NCBI GenBank assembly: GCA_963662465.1
Contig: OY759599.1
Location: 4,096,001-4,160,000 of the forward strand
Direction of reading: 5' to 3'
Length of the DNA: 64,000 nucleotides
DNA from: Desulfatiglandales bacterium
GTDB taxonomy: Bacteria > Desulfobacterota > DSM-4660 > Desulfatiglandales > Desulfatiglandaceae
A model generated the notes under the pieces. The model ran no database searches. It saw nothing but the letters and a program-made list of their open reading frames with translations, and was not told where the DNA came from. Both the position numbers and the translations under genes were made by a program. Below are positions 1-9,678 of this stretch, piece after piece. The stretch's first letter is position 1, and every line of letters begins with the position of its first letter.

Positions 1-356
1 TCCCCGTCTATGCGATGATCTCGCAGAGCATCTGCGCCATCACTATTTTGTTCGTGACGGATTTTCAGAACCTGTACCGGTATACCTCGGTGGGATTATC
101 GGTTTTTGCATTGCTTATGATCGCCGCCGTCTACGTCCTCAGGTGGCGCCGGCCGGATATGGAAAGGCCGTTTCGTTTGCCCGGATATCCGGTTGTTCCG
201 GCGATCTTCCTGGCGGTAATTCTCTTCATGACGGTGTTCGCATTCAAGCAGTGGCCAAAGCCATCGGCTTATAGCATCGGCAGTATCCTTGCCGGTATCC
301 CGGTGTATTACGCATGGTCCTTCTATGTTCGCCATTTCGCAAGCCCTGCTCGATGA
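1..356 (+). CDS. APC-family amino acid permease, 3' part (5' end outside window)
   Basis: Translation is near-identical to the C-terminus of the permease at 15049..16401 (RWRRPDMERPFRLPGYPVVP). Confidence 0.85.
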   Translation, partial: PVYAMISQSICAITILFVTDFQNLYRYTSVGLSVFALLMIAAVYVLRWRRPDMERPFRLPGYPVVPAIFLAVILFMTVFAFKQWPKPSAYSIGSILAGIPVYYAWSFYVRHFASPAR

Positions 357-367
357 TTTTAACCACT

Positions 368-1081
368 TCAATAAACATGGGGGTGTTTTGACGCCTGATG
401 TTTATGGAAATGGCTGTGCAGCGTTCCGGCCGCGCCGTTATAGGCAATTTTTCCGGCCGTCATACTGTAGATTTTCCGGGTGGTTTCCTCCAGAAAATCG
501 TATTCGTGGGAGACGATGACATAGCTGATGTCGAGACGGTTCAAGAGAGAGGCGATGATGCTCCGGGCCTCTTCATCCAGGCCGGTGGTGGGTTCATCCA
601 GCAGGAGCGCTTTCGGCTGCATGACCAGAACCGTTGCCAGGGAGACGAGCTTTTTTTCGCCGCCCGAGAGCCTGTGGGTAACGCGGTTTTCAAATCCATT
701 CAGGTTCAGCATTTCGAGGGTTTCCATGGCCATTGCGCGAGCCTCTTTGGGCGTTTTTCCCAGGTTGAGTGGGCCGAAAGCCACGTCTTCCAGTACGGTG
801 GGACAAAAAAGCTGATCATCGGCATTCTGAAAAAGAAAACCGATCGTACGCCTGACTGACAGAAAATCTTTTTTACTTTCCACCGTTTTTCCCAAAACCC
901 GGATACTTCCGGATGAAGGTTTGAGAAGCCCCATGATGACATGCAGCAGCGTGGTTTTGCCGCTGCCGTTATACCCGATCAACCCCACTTTTTCTTCTTC
1001 GGGAAGGGAGAATTTCAGGTTATTCAGTACCGGTTTGTCTTTTTCATAGGAAAAGCAGATGTTATCCAGTTCGAGAATCAT
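368..1081 (-). CDS. cbiO: Ni/Co ECF transporter ATPase (CbiO/NikO) with His-rich C-terminal tail
   Basis: Walker A GYNGSGKTT, LSGGEKK signature, LLLDEPT, FQNADDQLF; start overlaps the cbiQ stop (TAATG). Confidence 0.9.
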   Translation of the reverse strand: MILELDNICFSYEKDKPVLNNLKFSLPEEEKVGLIGYNGSGKTTLLHVIMGLLKPSSGSIRVLGKTVESKKDFLSVRRTIGFLFQNADDQLFCPTVLEDVAFGPLNLGKTPKEARAMAMETLEMLNLNGFENRVTHRLSGGEKKLVSLATVLVMQPKALLLDEPTTGLDEEARSIIASLLNRLDISYVIVSHEYDFLEETTRKIYSMTAGKIAYNGAAGTLHSHFHKHQASKHPHVY

Positions 1082-1836
1082 TATAAATGCACCCATTCAA
1101 GGATTAGTATGCCCAATAGGGTCGTGATGGTGCAGAACAGCCAGATAAAGTCCGACCGAGACCGGGAAAATTCGGAAAGGGAATGGAATTTCCCGTTGAA
1201 TCTGCGGCAAAGCATGGCCATATACACCCGCTCGGCCCGCTCCGAGGCCCGCACGAAAAGCATCCCCACAAGATAGGCGAATGTCCTGTAGGTGTGCAGC
1301 CGAGTGGACGGTTGAAACCCGCGGATCGCCGCTGATCGGACCAGCCGGTGATATTCCTCTTCCATGACGAAGATATATCGGTAGTTCAGCAGCAGGAGAT
1401 GTACCATCTTTTGCGGAACACCCAACCCGCCGAGAGCAGCCCCCAGGCTTGCAACGGAACTGGTGGCGATCAGCGCAATAAATACCAGCAGAATGGCATT
1501 GCTCTTGAGCATGATTCGGGCCGCAATCAAAACCCCCTCATGGGTTGCTGTGAGGGGTCCCAGGAAAAAAATGGGTTGGCCGGGGTAGGTAAAGGGGATC
1601 ACAAACCAGAAGAAGAGAACAAAACCGTTTACCAGCGCAATCCGTTTCCCCACTTCCCACAGGGGCAACCGGGAGGCGCCCAGGAGGACAAAGGAAAAGG
1701 CGAGGCCCAGAAAAAGGGCGGGGAATCGGTTTGAAAGGGCCACGGCAAAGGCATAGAGTGTTGCCATGACAATCTTGAAGCGGGGGTCGAGGCCGTGGAT
1801 GGGACTGGTGCCGTGCGCAAAGGGTTCCTGCAACAT
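1081..1836 (-). CDS. cbiQ: Ni/Co ECF transporter T component (CbiQ/NikQ)
   Basis: IHGLDPRFKI start motif, RYIFVM..E, RA.ERAERVY.AMLCR; ATG at 1836. Confidence 0.9.
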   Translation of the reverse strand: MLQEPFAHGTSPIHGLDPRFKIVMATLYAFAVALSNRFPALFLGLAFSFVLLGASRLPLWEVGKRIALVNGFVLFFWFVIPFTYPGQPIFFLGPLTATHEGVLIAARIMLKSNAILLVFIALIATSSVASLGAALGGLGVPQKMVHLLLLNYRYIFVMEEEYHRLVRSAAIRGFQPSTRLHTYRTFAYLVGMLFVRASERAERVYMAMLCRRFNGKFHSLSEFSRSRSDFIWLFCTITTLLGILILEWVHL

Positions 1837-1843
1837 AAATCCG

Positions 1844-2237
1844 TCAGCCTTTCTTGCGTGCGTCCATTTCACGGGTCTTGCGGCGAAAGTGGATATAAGC
1901 GGCCAAGCCCAACAAACCCAAAATATAGCCGATGCCGCCCAAAATATCGTGGAGGGTGGGCGCTTTGTCCCGGGATTCCGCAAACATTTTGAGTACCGGT
2001 CCGAGCCTTCGATCCAGGGATTGGTCCAGAACGTCGCGCATTTGATCCAGGTTAACGGTGGATGCTTCAATTGAATTTGCTTTCCGTGTGAACGGTATCA
2101 CCTTCCACCCATGCGAATATGTTTACCCTGTGGGCCATTGCGGAAGCTGACCAGAGCAGGCAAAGTATGAAAAGACATGCCGAAACAAAAATAATTTTCC
2201 GGCATTGAATAGGATCAAATCTCAAGAATGTTTTCAT
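1844..2237 (-). pseudogene. CbiL/NikL-like accessory membrane protein, internally deleted and frameshifted
   Basis: AAGGAG RBS + ATG 2237 gives a signal peptide and AHRVNIFAWVEGDTVHTESKFN*; the C-terminal part (DILGGIGYILGLLGLAAY) is in another frame directly after. Confidence 0.7.
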
Positions 2238-2246
2238 GATCTCCTT

Positions 2247-2852
2247 TCATGGGGCATCCACTGACAGCATTTCAGGTTGTACTTTTTTCAAAAATGCCAC
2301 ACAGAAAGTGGTGATGATCCCTTCGATGATCATTACGGGAAGATGTGCCGTCACCACCAGATAGGAGACTTTTAAAAAATTTTCCTCGGTGAAGGTCAGG
2401 GCCAAACCCACCATGACGGCGCCCAAAAAGACGGAAAGCGATCCGCACAAAAAAGCCGCCGGCAAGGCAATGCGAGGCCCCTTTCCCACGAGCTTACCGA
2501 ATAGATAATAACATAAAACGGCGGGCAGGGCCATGATCAGGGTGTTGACCCCGAGGGTCGTGATGCCGCCGAACTGAAAGAAAACGGCCTGGAGCGCCAA
2601 CGCCACAAGGATGACGGGAAAAGCCCCCCAGCCGAGAATAAGGCCCACAATCCCGTTCAGAATCAAATGAACACTGGAGGGACCGATGGGAACGTGAATC
2701 AGGGAGGCTACAAAAAATGATGCGGAAAGAATCGCGGCACGCGGGATGCGGTCGTAATTCAGTTTCTTAAGCCCTATGGCAGTGCCGGCAGCGGCCAGCA
2801 CAATGCCCGAAATAATCACCGGCCCGGACAGGACGCCTTCGGAAATATGCAT
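2247..2852 (-). CDS. cbiM: Ni/Co ECF transporter S component (CbiM/NikM)
   Basis: N-terminal metal-binding MHISEGVL, SVHL, GGITTLGVN, HLPVMIIEG. Confidence 0.92.
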   Translation of the reverse strand: MHISEGVLSGPVIISGIVLAAAGTAIGLKKLNYDRIPRAAILSASFFVASLIHVPIGPSSVHLILNGIVGLILGWGAFPVILVALALQAVFFQFGGITTLGVNTLIMALPAVLCYYLFGKLVGKGPRIALPAAFLCGSLSVFLGAVMVGLALTFTEENFLKVSYLVVTAHLPVMIIEGIITTFCVAFLKKVQPEMLSVDAP

Positions 2853-2876
2853 GATATGCCTTTCATAATAATTAGA

Positions 2877-2926
2877 GAGAAGCAAAGTCATTTGGTCAAA
2901 ACCGAGACCCTACGACTTTGCTTCTC
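2877..2926. repeat. 13-bp perfect inverted repeat (stem-loop) between porin and cbiM
   Basis: GAGAAGCAAAGTC (2877-2889) / GACTTTGCTTCTC (2914-2926). Confidence 0.7.
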
Positions 2927-2973
2927 ATAAGGCCCAGGAGGAGAGAGAGTTTTGGACCGTTTGTCAAAAAATT

Positions 2974-4113
2974 TTAGAATTCCGCGGTTGCCCGCAGACC
3001 GAAAATCCAGCCACTCGGGCTGTCGCCCTCTTTCATGGAATCCTTCATGTACTGAACATCTCCCGTAATGGCGAAGATATCATTCAAGGCAAAGCGACCG
3101 TAAACCTCGAATACGTCCGTGTGGTCAAGTTCCAGATTTCCGCCCCTCAAATGGGCGTAACCGATTCCGACATTGTCGTTTTCACGGCCCCACAGATTGC
3201 CGCCGATGTTCAACCCACCGGAATAGAGATCCTTGCAGTTAAGGGCCGCCTCATCGTCCAGTTGCCAGCCGAAACGGATCCACGCCCCCAGGATCTCCCC
3301 AAGTTGCTGATCAAAGGAGATCATGGTACAGCTCATCCGTTCCTTATTGGTGCCTGCCACATTGCTGAAATCACTGCTGGTGGTGTCCACGAGCAAACGG
3401 TAGTTTCCTTCACCCAGTCCGAAGTCCACCTTGTAACCCAGCTGGATTCCGTAAAAGTTGTAGGGTTCTTCGAATTCCCCTTCTTCGTCGTTGGTTCCCA
3501 TTGCCATCACCGCGCCTTTCACGGAAAACGCGCCGATTTCCCATTCCACGGCGCCGCCGATATCGTAGGAGGGCAGAAAGGCATTGGGGCCGTTCACCAG
3601 GGCTTCGTTCATGAACTGGGTAAATTCGTCGTTGGAAAAAGCGTTTTCATCCAGGTAATCCGTTGCGTCGATGATGCCGCCGGTGAGTCCCAGGGAGTGG
3701 TTTTCGCTGAAGGTGAAAGTGTGCTTATACCAAACCGTGAGCAGGTAGTCGCGATTTCGGCCGTTGATGTCTTTATAATCGTCTTGTACGTCCGCGGCCC
3801 ATGGCGCCAGAAAAAAAGGGGATCGCCCTTCTTCCATCAAACCGTTCCCGGCGCCGAATCCGAACTTGGCAAAGACCTCGTCGCTGTCGGTGGGTGTGAA
3901 ACTGATCTCCGGTTGAAAGACCATGGCGCCCCTGCCCTCGGATTCAAACCCTTCGGCATCGCTTAAGTCCTGATATTGCCATTCACCGGCGATAATACCG
4001 CCGATTGATAATTTATCGTTAATCTCGTAAGCAAATGCATTGCTTGCACAAAACAGAAAAATCCCCAGCATTGCCGGCAGCAAAGTCCTGTTTGGCTTCT
4101 TGATGTTGTTCAT
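2974..4113 (-). CDS. OprB-like outer-membrane porin
   Basis: Signal peptide (ASNAFA), amphipathic beta-strand pattern, DYLDENAFSNDE..QFMN motif, C-terminal Phe. Confidence 0.75.
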   Translation of the reverse strand: MNNIKKPNRTLLPAMLGIFLFCASNAFAYEINDKLSIGGIIAGEWQYQDLSDAEGFESEGRGAMVFQPEISFTPTDSDEVFAKFGFGAGNGLMEEGRSPFFLAPWAADVQDDYKDINGRNRDYLLTVWYKHTFTFSENHSLGLTGGIIDATDYLDENAFSNDEFTQFMNEALVNGPNAFLPSYDIGGAVEWEIGAFSVKGAVMAMGTNDEEGEFEEPYNFYGIQLGYKVDFGLGEGNYRLLVDTTSSDFSNVAGTNKERMSCTMISFDQQLGEILGAWIRFGWQLDDEAALNCKDLYSGGLNIGGNLWGRENDNVGIGYAHLRGGNLELDHTDVFEVYGRFALNDIFAITGDVQYMKDSMKEGDSPSGWIFGLRATAEF

Positions 4114-4139
4114 GTGTTCTTTCCTCCCCTACGGTTATG

Positions 4140-4916
4140 CTATTTTTCTTTCCAATCAAGGAATTTCACCCAGAGGACCGCCCCCAGTTCCACGTCTTTT
4201 TCCTGACCATCATGCTTGATTTTTTCGTTCGAGGTGTTCAAAGCGGCAAATCCCCACCAGCCCGCTTTTGGCGCGGCATAGGTGAAAACGCCGTTTTGAT
4301 CCGCCTTGACGACTTGGGTGACCATGTATTCGGTAGGCGCTTCTACTTTCTTTTCCCGATTGTAATATTCGATCTCAACTTCGGCGAAGGGGACCGGTTT
4401 TCCATCCAGTTTCACGATTCCCTGAAAAACGTTTCCGGCATAGAGACCGAACGGCTTTGACAGGGGAACGATCTCGGTTTTGAGCCCGATTTCCCGGTCC
4501 CAGCCTTCATCATCCCCAAAAGCCGCGACAACGGTTTTCGTATAGTGAACGATGAAACAGTCTTCCGCCGGTTCCCAGTAGGGTTTGGGAACCATGTAGA
4601 ACATATAGATGCCGGGTCGTTTAACAGTGTAGTCAGCCTTCCAGGACATGTGTCCCATGACCTTTGTTTCTTTCAGATTACACAGAAGATTCTGTTTTTT
4701 TCCGTCCGTCATGACGCCGAATTCCTGGGGTTTTACCAGCGGCATGCCAACGCCTTCAAAAGGGTGGGAGAAAGACAAAATCAGTGAAACCGTCTTGGAA
4801 TCCCCCTGCATGATCATGCTATCCGACGGAATGAGCATTCCGAAGTGGGCCATGGCCATATGGCCCGTGAATAGAAAAGACAATCCCAATATCAGGCTAA
4901 ACAGATTTTTTTTCAT
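4140..4916 (-). CDS. DUF4198 periplasmic protein (NikK/CbiK-associated type)
   Basis: Signal peptide ending [34 protein letters not shown]. Confidence 0.85.
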   Translation of the reverse strand: MKKNLFSLILGLSFLFTGHMAMAHFGMLIPSDSMIMQGDSKTVSLILSFSHPFEGVGMPLVKPQEFGVMTDGKKQNLLCNLKETKVMGHMSWKADYTVKRPGIYMFYMVPKPYWEPAEDCFIVHYTKTVVAAFGDDEGWDREIGLKTEIVPLSKPFGLYAGNVFQGIVKLDGKPVPFAEVEIEYYNREKKVEAPTEYMVTQVVKADQNGVFTYAAPKAGWWGFAALNTSNEKIKHDGQEKDVELGAVLWVKFLDWKEK

Positions 4917-5051
4917 TTTATGATGCCTCCGTTTATGTTCTCGCTTCAATTTATGATCATTTGCGGCCGCTCTCGAAGCGACCGTTTTGTTTTGAATCGA
5001 TCCGATCGGTTCGCCTCTCAACCCGCATGCGCATGCCTTGCTGAAAACAGC

Positions 5052-5202
5052 CAAAAAAAAAGCCAAAAAGGCGGCTTCGGGGGTACACCCGATCCAGCCT
5101 TCTTGGCTTTTTTGGTTTTTGCTTCAGGTTTATCTCAGATGTGTAATTTCGTATTGCACATGCTATCGAGTGCTGAATAAACTCTTATTGCCGGGTTGTC
5201 AA
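5052..5202 (-). promoter_or_regulatory. Sigma70-like promoter and terminator-containing leader of the DUF4198-cbi operon
   Basis: TTGACA (5197-5202)-17 nt-TATTCA (5174-5179); GTGCAATACGAAATTACAC hairpin/box; GCCAAGAAGGC...CCTTTTTGGC-T9 terminator. Confidence 0.6.
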
Positions 5203-5242
5203 GATATTTTCCTAGGAAAGGAACGCACCACCACCCAAGATG

Positions 5243-7163
5243 CACGGTAAATTTGTTCTAACAGGTATCACGCTTGGGGCACTGAATTTTTGGTCATCTT
5301 GAGATAGTCGAAGACACCCCTTACGTTCTGCGTGAGCTGGCGCATTTTCTGGGCTACACTGCGAACGCCTTTCGCCTTAATGACGCCCACCGCGAATCTA
5401 CGCAGCCTGGTCATGTTTTCAGGACCATTGCCGGTTCTTATTCGGCTTCGATCTTCGTCGTAGTTCCAGTCGATGATGTAATGGCACTCGTTTTCAATGC
5501 TCCAGTGACCGCGATTGATAGAAAGTACACGTTCGGGATTCGCCTGATCAGGTGATTGACTCGTTATGCCGTAAGCAACCTCAACTGTGCATTTACCGGT
5601 TTTCTTGTTTGTAACTTCTCTCTGGATCATAAAAGCCTGGCCGACATACGGGAAATCCAGGTATAGGTTAAGTTCGGTAGTCGTCCATATTTTGCGCACT
5701 TCGATGCGACCATGATCGGGAGCATCGTGTTGTATGAAATCAGGATCGTTGCAGCCCTCAAAATACAGGGAAATGTCTTGAAGTAATGTGGGCTGGTTGT
5801 TTTTGGCGATGAAATGGTAATGGGCGTTGCGTTGCTCGACCAAATATTTAGCAAAAGTCCTTTGGGTTAGCAGTGCGTCAGCTGAAATGACTTTGCCTTC
5901 GATATCGATCGCGTCCAGTAAAGGGGCAGCCGTTTTGATTTCATTGGTTCGCTTGAGTTCGTCTTTGCCTTCTACAGGGAGAGAACCGACTTTTTTTGGG
6001 TGTAACAGGTCTTAGTTTGATGGCCGACAGCACTCATGATGTGAGTCTGATAACCTTGTTCATCGATGGCATTACACATGGTTTTTCCATCGATGGCCAA
6101 GCTTTCGTCCTGTTCACCGTAAAGCAGATTCCAACGCTGGAGAGCTTTGTCGAGTTCTGTGGGGTCAACGCGAACCAGAACATCACGGATAGTAGACTGA
6201 CTGGGAGCTACATAGCGCTTATTTTCATATCGGCAACGGAAACGCTCAAGGGCTTTTTGTCCAAGACCATTTACCCAATCGGATATCGCCAGATAACCGC
6301 GCATTCCGCACAGTGTTGCGGCGGTGGCAATGGCCAGAACAGTGGAGAGCCTGTGACGTCGTCCCTGGGATCGACGCGGGTCGGGAATTTGAGCAAAAAA
6401 GTCGGGTAGAGATTTCATATGTTCCGCACTGAGCATGATTTTGTAACCTCCTGTAAGATATGGTTTTTTGAGAACAGGTCGGGATAACAGTGCTTGAACA
6501 TTGGAAACCAATGGTTTAAGAAAAACCATTTTCGGTGAATCCGCTTTATCGCTGTAGCCTTGGCGAGTTCGATGAAAACCCTTTGTTTTACCAACATATA
6601 TCCAATTAGACGCTCGATATACGGTTCCGTGGAATTGCTTTGGGTCCACAAAGGTTTCCAGGAGTACAACCGGATGCCCGAAACGCTCCTGCCAATCAGC
6701 CTGCATTCGCTTCCGACATAATGAAAGGATACGGGATGCGAGATTCGGAATATGCCATTCGGGCAAAATTAGAAAACGACTGTTATTGGTTACCAGTTTC
6801 AGTCGATCGTATTGATGGCGAAAATTCCATCCGATCCAGCTGTCCCTTGGTGTACATTTCAAAGCGGGAGCAGAAAAACTGACAAGCGCAATCCACTCAC
6901 TATTTAGTCTAGCTGTATACCAGAGGGTTTCGCTGATCTTGGGAAGAGCGCCCAAATAATGATGCGACTGCATCAGATGCTGAAAGCGTTGTTCTTCAAG
7001 CGGGCGGACTATTTGAATGCGGACTTGCTTAACGTTCAAGAATTTAAACCCCGAATTGGTTTGGTGCCTGTCACAGTATATACACCATCCGAGGGTTTCT
7101 GTCCATAATGTAGCGCAACTTTTATATTTTATTTGGATAATTCGGAAGAATAAATTCACCCTG
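5243..7163 (-). mobile_element. Complete ISAs1-family insertion sequence carrying an N-terminal DUF4338 domain
   Basis: Imperfect TIRs CACGGTAAATTTGTTCT / CAGGGTGAATTTATTCT; 10-bp TSD ACCCAAGATG at 5233-5242 and 7164-7173. Confidence 0.92.
5268..7039 (-). CDS. DUF4338-ISAs1 DDE transposase, split by a probable -1 frameshift at 5990-5997
   Basis: DUF4338 motifs (HHYLG, NNSRFLILP, LETFVD); ISAs1 motifs IPDPR, AIDGKT, NEI, ADALLTQ, RGHWSIEN, EDRSRIR; A AAA AAG at the frame junction; start uncertain (TTG 7039). Confidence 0.85.
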
Positions 7164-7297
7164 ACCCAAGATGACTTTCGTTAAACCTCTGGCAGAGGAT
7201 TTAGTATACTTTTGTGTTCAGATCAACTGAAAGGGAAGGTGGAATGATGCGCAATCAAAAGGATGCGTGCTTCAGCACCAGCGCTTTGATCTTTTGC

Positions 7298-7464
7298 TTG
7301 ACAGAAAAACCGGCACTTGTTATAGGACCCGAATTCGTACGGCGCAAAACGAAATTGCGCGCATGATTCAAAGCGTAAAGACTGACACAATTTAGGTTTT
7401 AACAAAACAGGCCAAGAAGGCAATGTCGGATTGAAGTCCGGTGGTGTCTTCCCGGCCTTTTTTT
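7298..7464 (+). promoter_or_regulatory. Sigma70-like promoter and terminator-containing leader of the first TonB receptor gene
   Basis: TTGACA (7298)-17 nt-TATAGG (7321); GCGCAAAACGAAATTGCGC; GGCCAAGAAGGCA...TGTCTTCCCGGCC-T7. Confidence 0.6.
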
Positions 7465-7487
7465 ATGTGCAATGGAAAAGGGAGGGG

Positions 7488-8790
7488 ATGATTGAAAAGA
7501 GTGAGACCATATGGGGTCATGGGACGTTTATGTTCCTGGGTCTCTGGGTCGTGATGGTTTTTCTGCTGGGGACGTCGGTTTGCCCGAGTGATGCGGAAGA
7601 GCCGGAAGACAAGAAGGCCATCGCCCAAACGGGAGAAAAAAAGGCAGGCGCCGGAAAGGCCGTGCAACTGGAAGATGTGACGGTGATGGCGGCGCAACCG
7701 GGCGTTGAAATTACGCCGGATAAAACCGTCATTCGAATGGATGAGTTCGTTAAACCGGGAGATGTGCGAACCCTTACGGACGTGTTGAAAACCATGGGGG
7801 GCATCGACGTTATGCGCGTTAATCCCATGATGGCCAGTCCGGGAGACGAAGTGTCCATTCGGGGTATGAACGAGGGCCGTCTGGTGGTGGAAATCGACGG
7901 CAGGAGAATCAACCATAGCGGCTACTATGGAAGGTATATCGTGGACTGGTCAACGCTGAACATAGACGATGTCGAAAAGGTTGAAATCATCCGGGGTGGT
8001 CATTCGGTGCTGCATCCCTTTGCCATCGGCGGCGTGATCAACATCATCACCAAAAAGGGCAAAAAAACCGATGATCCCAAGCCCAATGTGCGCGCCAAGG
8101 CGGGTGTGGGGGCCTTCACCACCACCACGGAATCCCTTTCCATTGACGGCGGGGCATTCAATGTGGTGGGCTATGATTTTTCAGTAAACAATGGTTCCAC
8201 CAACGGCTACTTGCGGAACAACTACCAGGACAGCACCACGCTCAATGGACATTTAAGTTTCTTTATGCCCATGGACGCGGTGCTGGAACTGGGGGCCAAG
8301 CATGCGGATGTAAATTACGGATTTCCAGTGGTAAACGACCCTTCCCGGGCCGATTACGATGCCGGCTCTCCCAACTTCTATGCCAATGCCGACCAGCTCA
8401 GGCACCTGAACTGGCCCCTTTAGCAAGGTGACCGTGGGGTACGAATATCAACTCCTGGGCGCCCCCACTGAAATTTCGGACCTGTTCCGGGTTAACTCCG
8501 GGTACATCCAGGATGTCATCACCATCGGAGATCAATGGCGCCTTACGCCGGGGGTTCGTTATTACCACGTGGATATGAGCACCTACTACTCCCAGTTCGG
8601 CAAAGGATGGCCCGTAGCCGGCAATACGGAGACGGATGAGGGGTTTTATCCCAATTCCCCACTTCAAACTCTGGGGCGGTGAAATCGAGACGAGCCTTCG
8701 CTTGGGCCGGTTTCAGGGGACCCTTTCCTACAACTATCAAAACTACAATGCGGACGATACCGGATTTGAGGCGGAATGGTGGATCGCCGG
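7488..8790 (+). pseudogene. TonB-dependent receptor, plug intact and barrel fragmented
   Basis: LEDVTV TonB-box-like segment, VSIRG, VEIIRGGHSVL..AIGGVINIITK; stop at 8423, then short barrel fragments in shifted frames (DQWRLTPGVRY; GGEIE). Confidence 0.8.
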
Positions 8791-9202
8791 GGAGAAACGG
8801 TCCAGGGGGAGATCATCCGCATGGGCAATCTCACCGCCATCTATCGGAGAGAAGGAAGGATACGCCGCCTGGCAGTTGCAGGAGATGGCATGTGCGAAAA
8901 ATGCCTTTCAGAAGGCGCTTCAGCACGCGGAACCGAAAAGCGACACGGCTTTGAAAGCGTCCCATGCACTGACGGCCATCCGGCAAATCACGGATGCAGC
9001 GCAAAATTGAGTTTCCAGGACCAAGGCAACTGCACCTGAGCTATAATTCGGCCCCGTCAATACAGTCCACGATTTCACGGGGTGAACGTCCAGGGGGGCA
9101 ATGAATATTTGCCTTAGGGTCAAATACTAAATAATCCTCCGGTGTAAAGCACTTGAGATGAGAAACTTAAGGTTCAATACTCGTTACGGAGTTTCGCAAC
9201 GC

Positions 9203-9234
9203 TCGCCATTTCGCAAGCCCTGCTCGATGATTTT
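9203..9234 (+). repeat. 32-bp copy of the 3' end of the APC permease gene
   Basis: TCGCCATTTCGCAAGCCCTGCTCGATGATTTT identical to 329-360. Confidence 0.8.
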
Positions 9235-9295
9235 TAAATCGATGGGGACACCATACCATGGCGCGTCCCACTGTGCCCGGGGGCGATGAAAAATC

Positions 9296-9496
9296 TTGAC
9301 TTTCCGGAAAGCCTTCAGTACAAATGGCATCCTAAAATTTCGGTTGAAGCCGATCGCATTCGGATTTCAGAAGAAAATCCACAATAAAATTGCTTTGCCG
9401 CCAGTATAGTGGCGGAGACGTAGAGAGCTGGAACAAAAAGGCCACGAAGGTCTATGTCCCTTAAAGAGGGATGTGGATTCGTGGCCTTTTTTTGTT
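9296..9496 (+). promoter_or_regulatory. Promoter and terminator-containing leader of the second TonB receptor operon
   Basis: TTGACT (9296)-17 nt-TACAAA; AAAAAGGCCACGAAGG...TTCGTGGCCTTTTTTT long hairpin. Confidence 0.55.
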
Positions 9497-9678
9497 GAAG
9501 GCAATTTCGACAATCGAAGTCCGGAGGACGGTGTTCGCCTGCCAGGGTCATCCGCCGTCCTCCGGGTTAAGCGCCCCCGTGAAAAAGGAGGCTCGGTTCA
9601 ATATTACCGGTGCATCTCTTTCTCGTCAAGCGGGGAATTCAAGATTTTGAACGGATTGACACAAGGAGGAGAGGCATA

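Noticed and set aside
3121..3966. 281-aa plus-strand ORF (likewise 13611..14450 on minus)
   Set aside because: Antisense to well-supported porin and DUF4198 genes
5972..7159. Druantia anti-phage system (DUF4338/DruA)
   Set aside because: The domain lies inside an IS with TIRs and TSD, fused to the transposase, and no DruE-like helicase is present
5040..9600. Cobalamin or NiCo riboswitch in the leaders of the cbi/TonB operons
   Set aside because: I could not find the B12-box/GGGAA...GCCACTG pattern or a NiCo four-way junction by eye; the leaders are reported as an unassigned motif instead. An Infernal scan is needed to be certain
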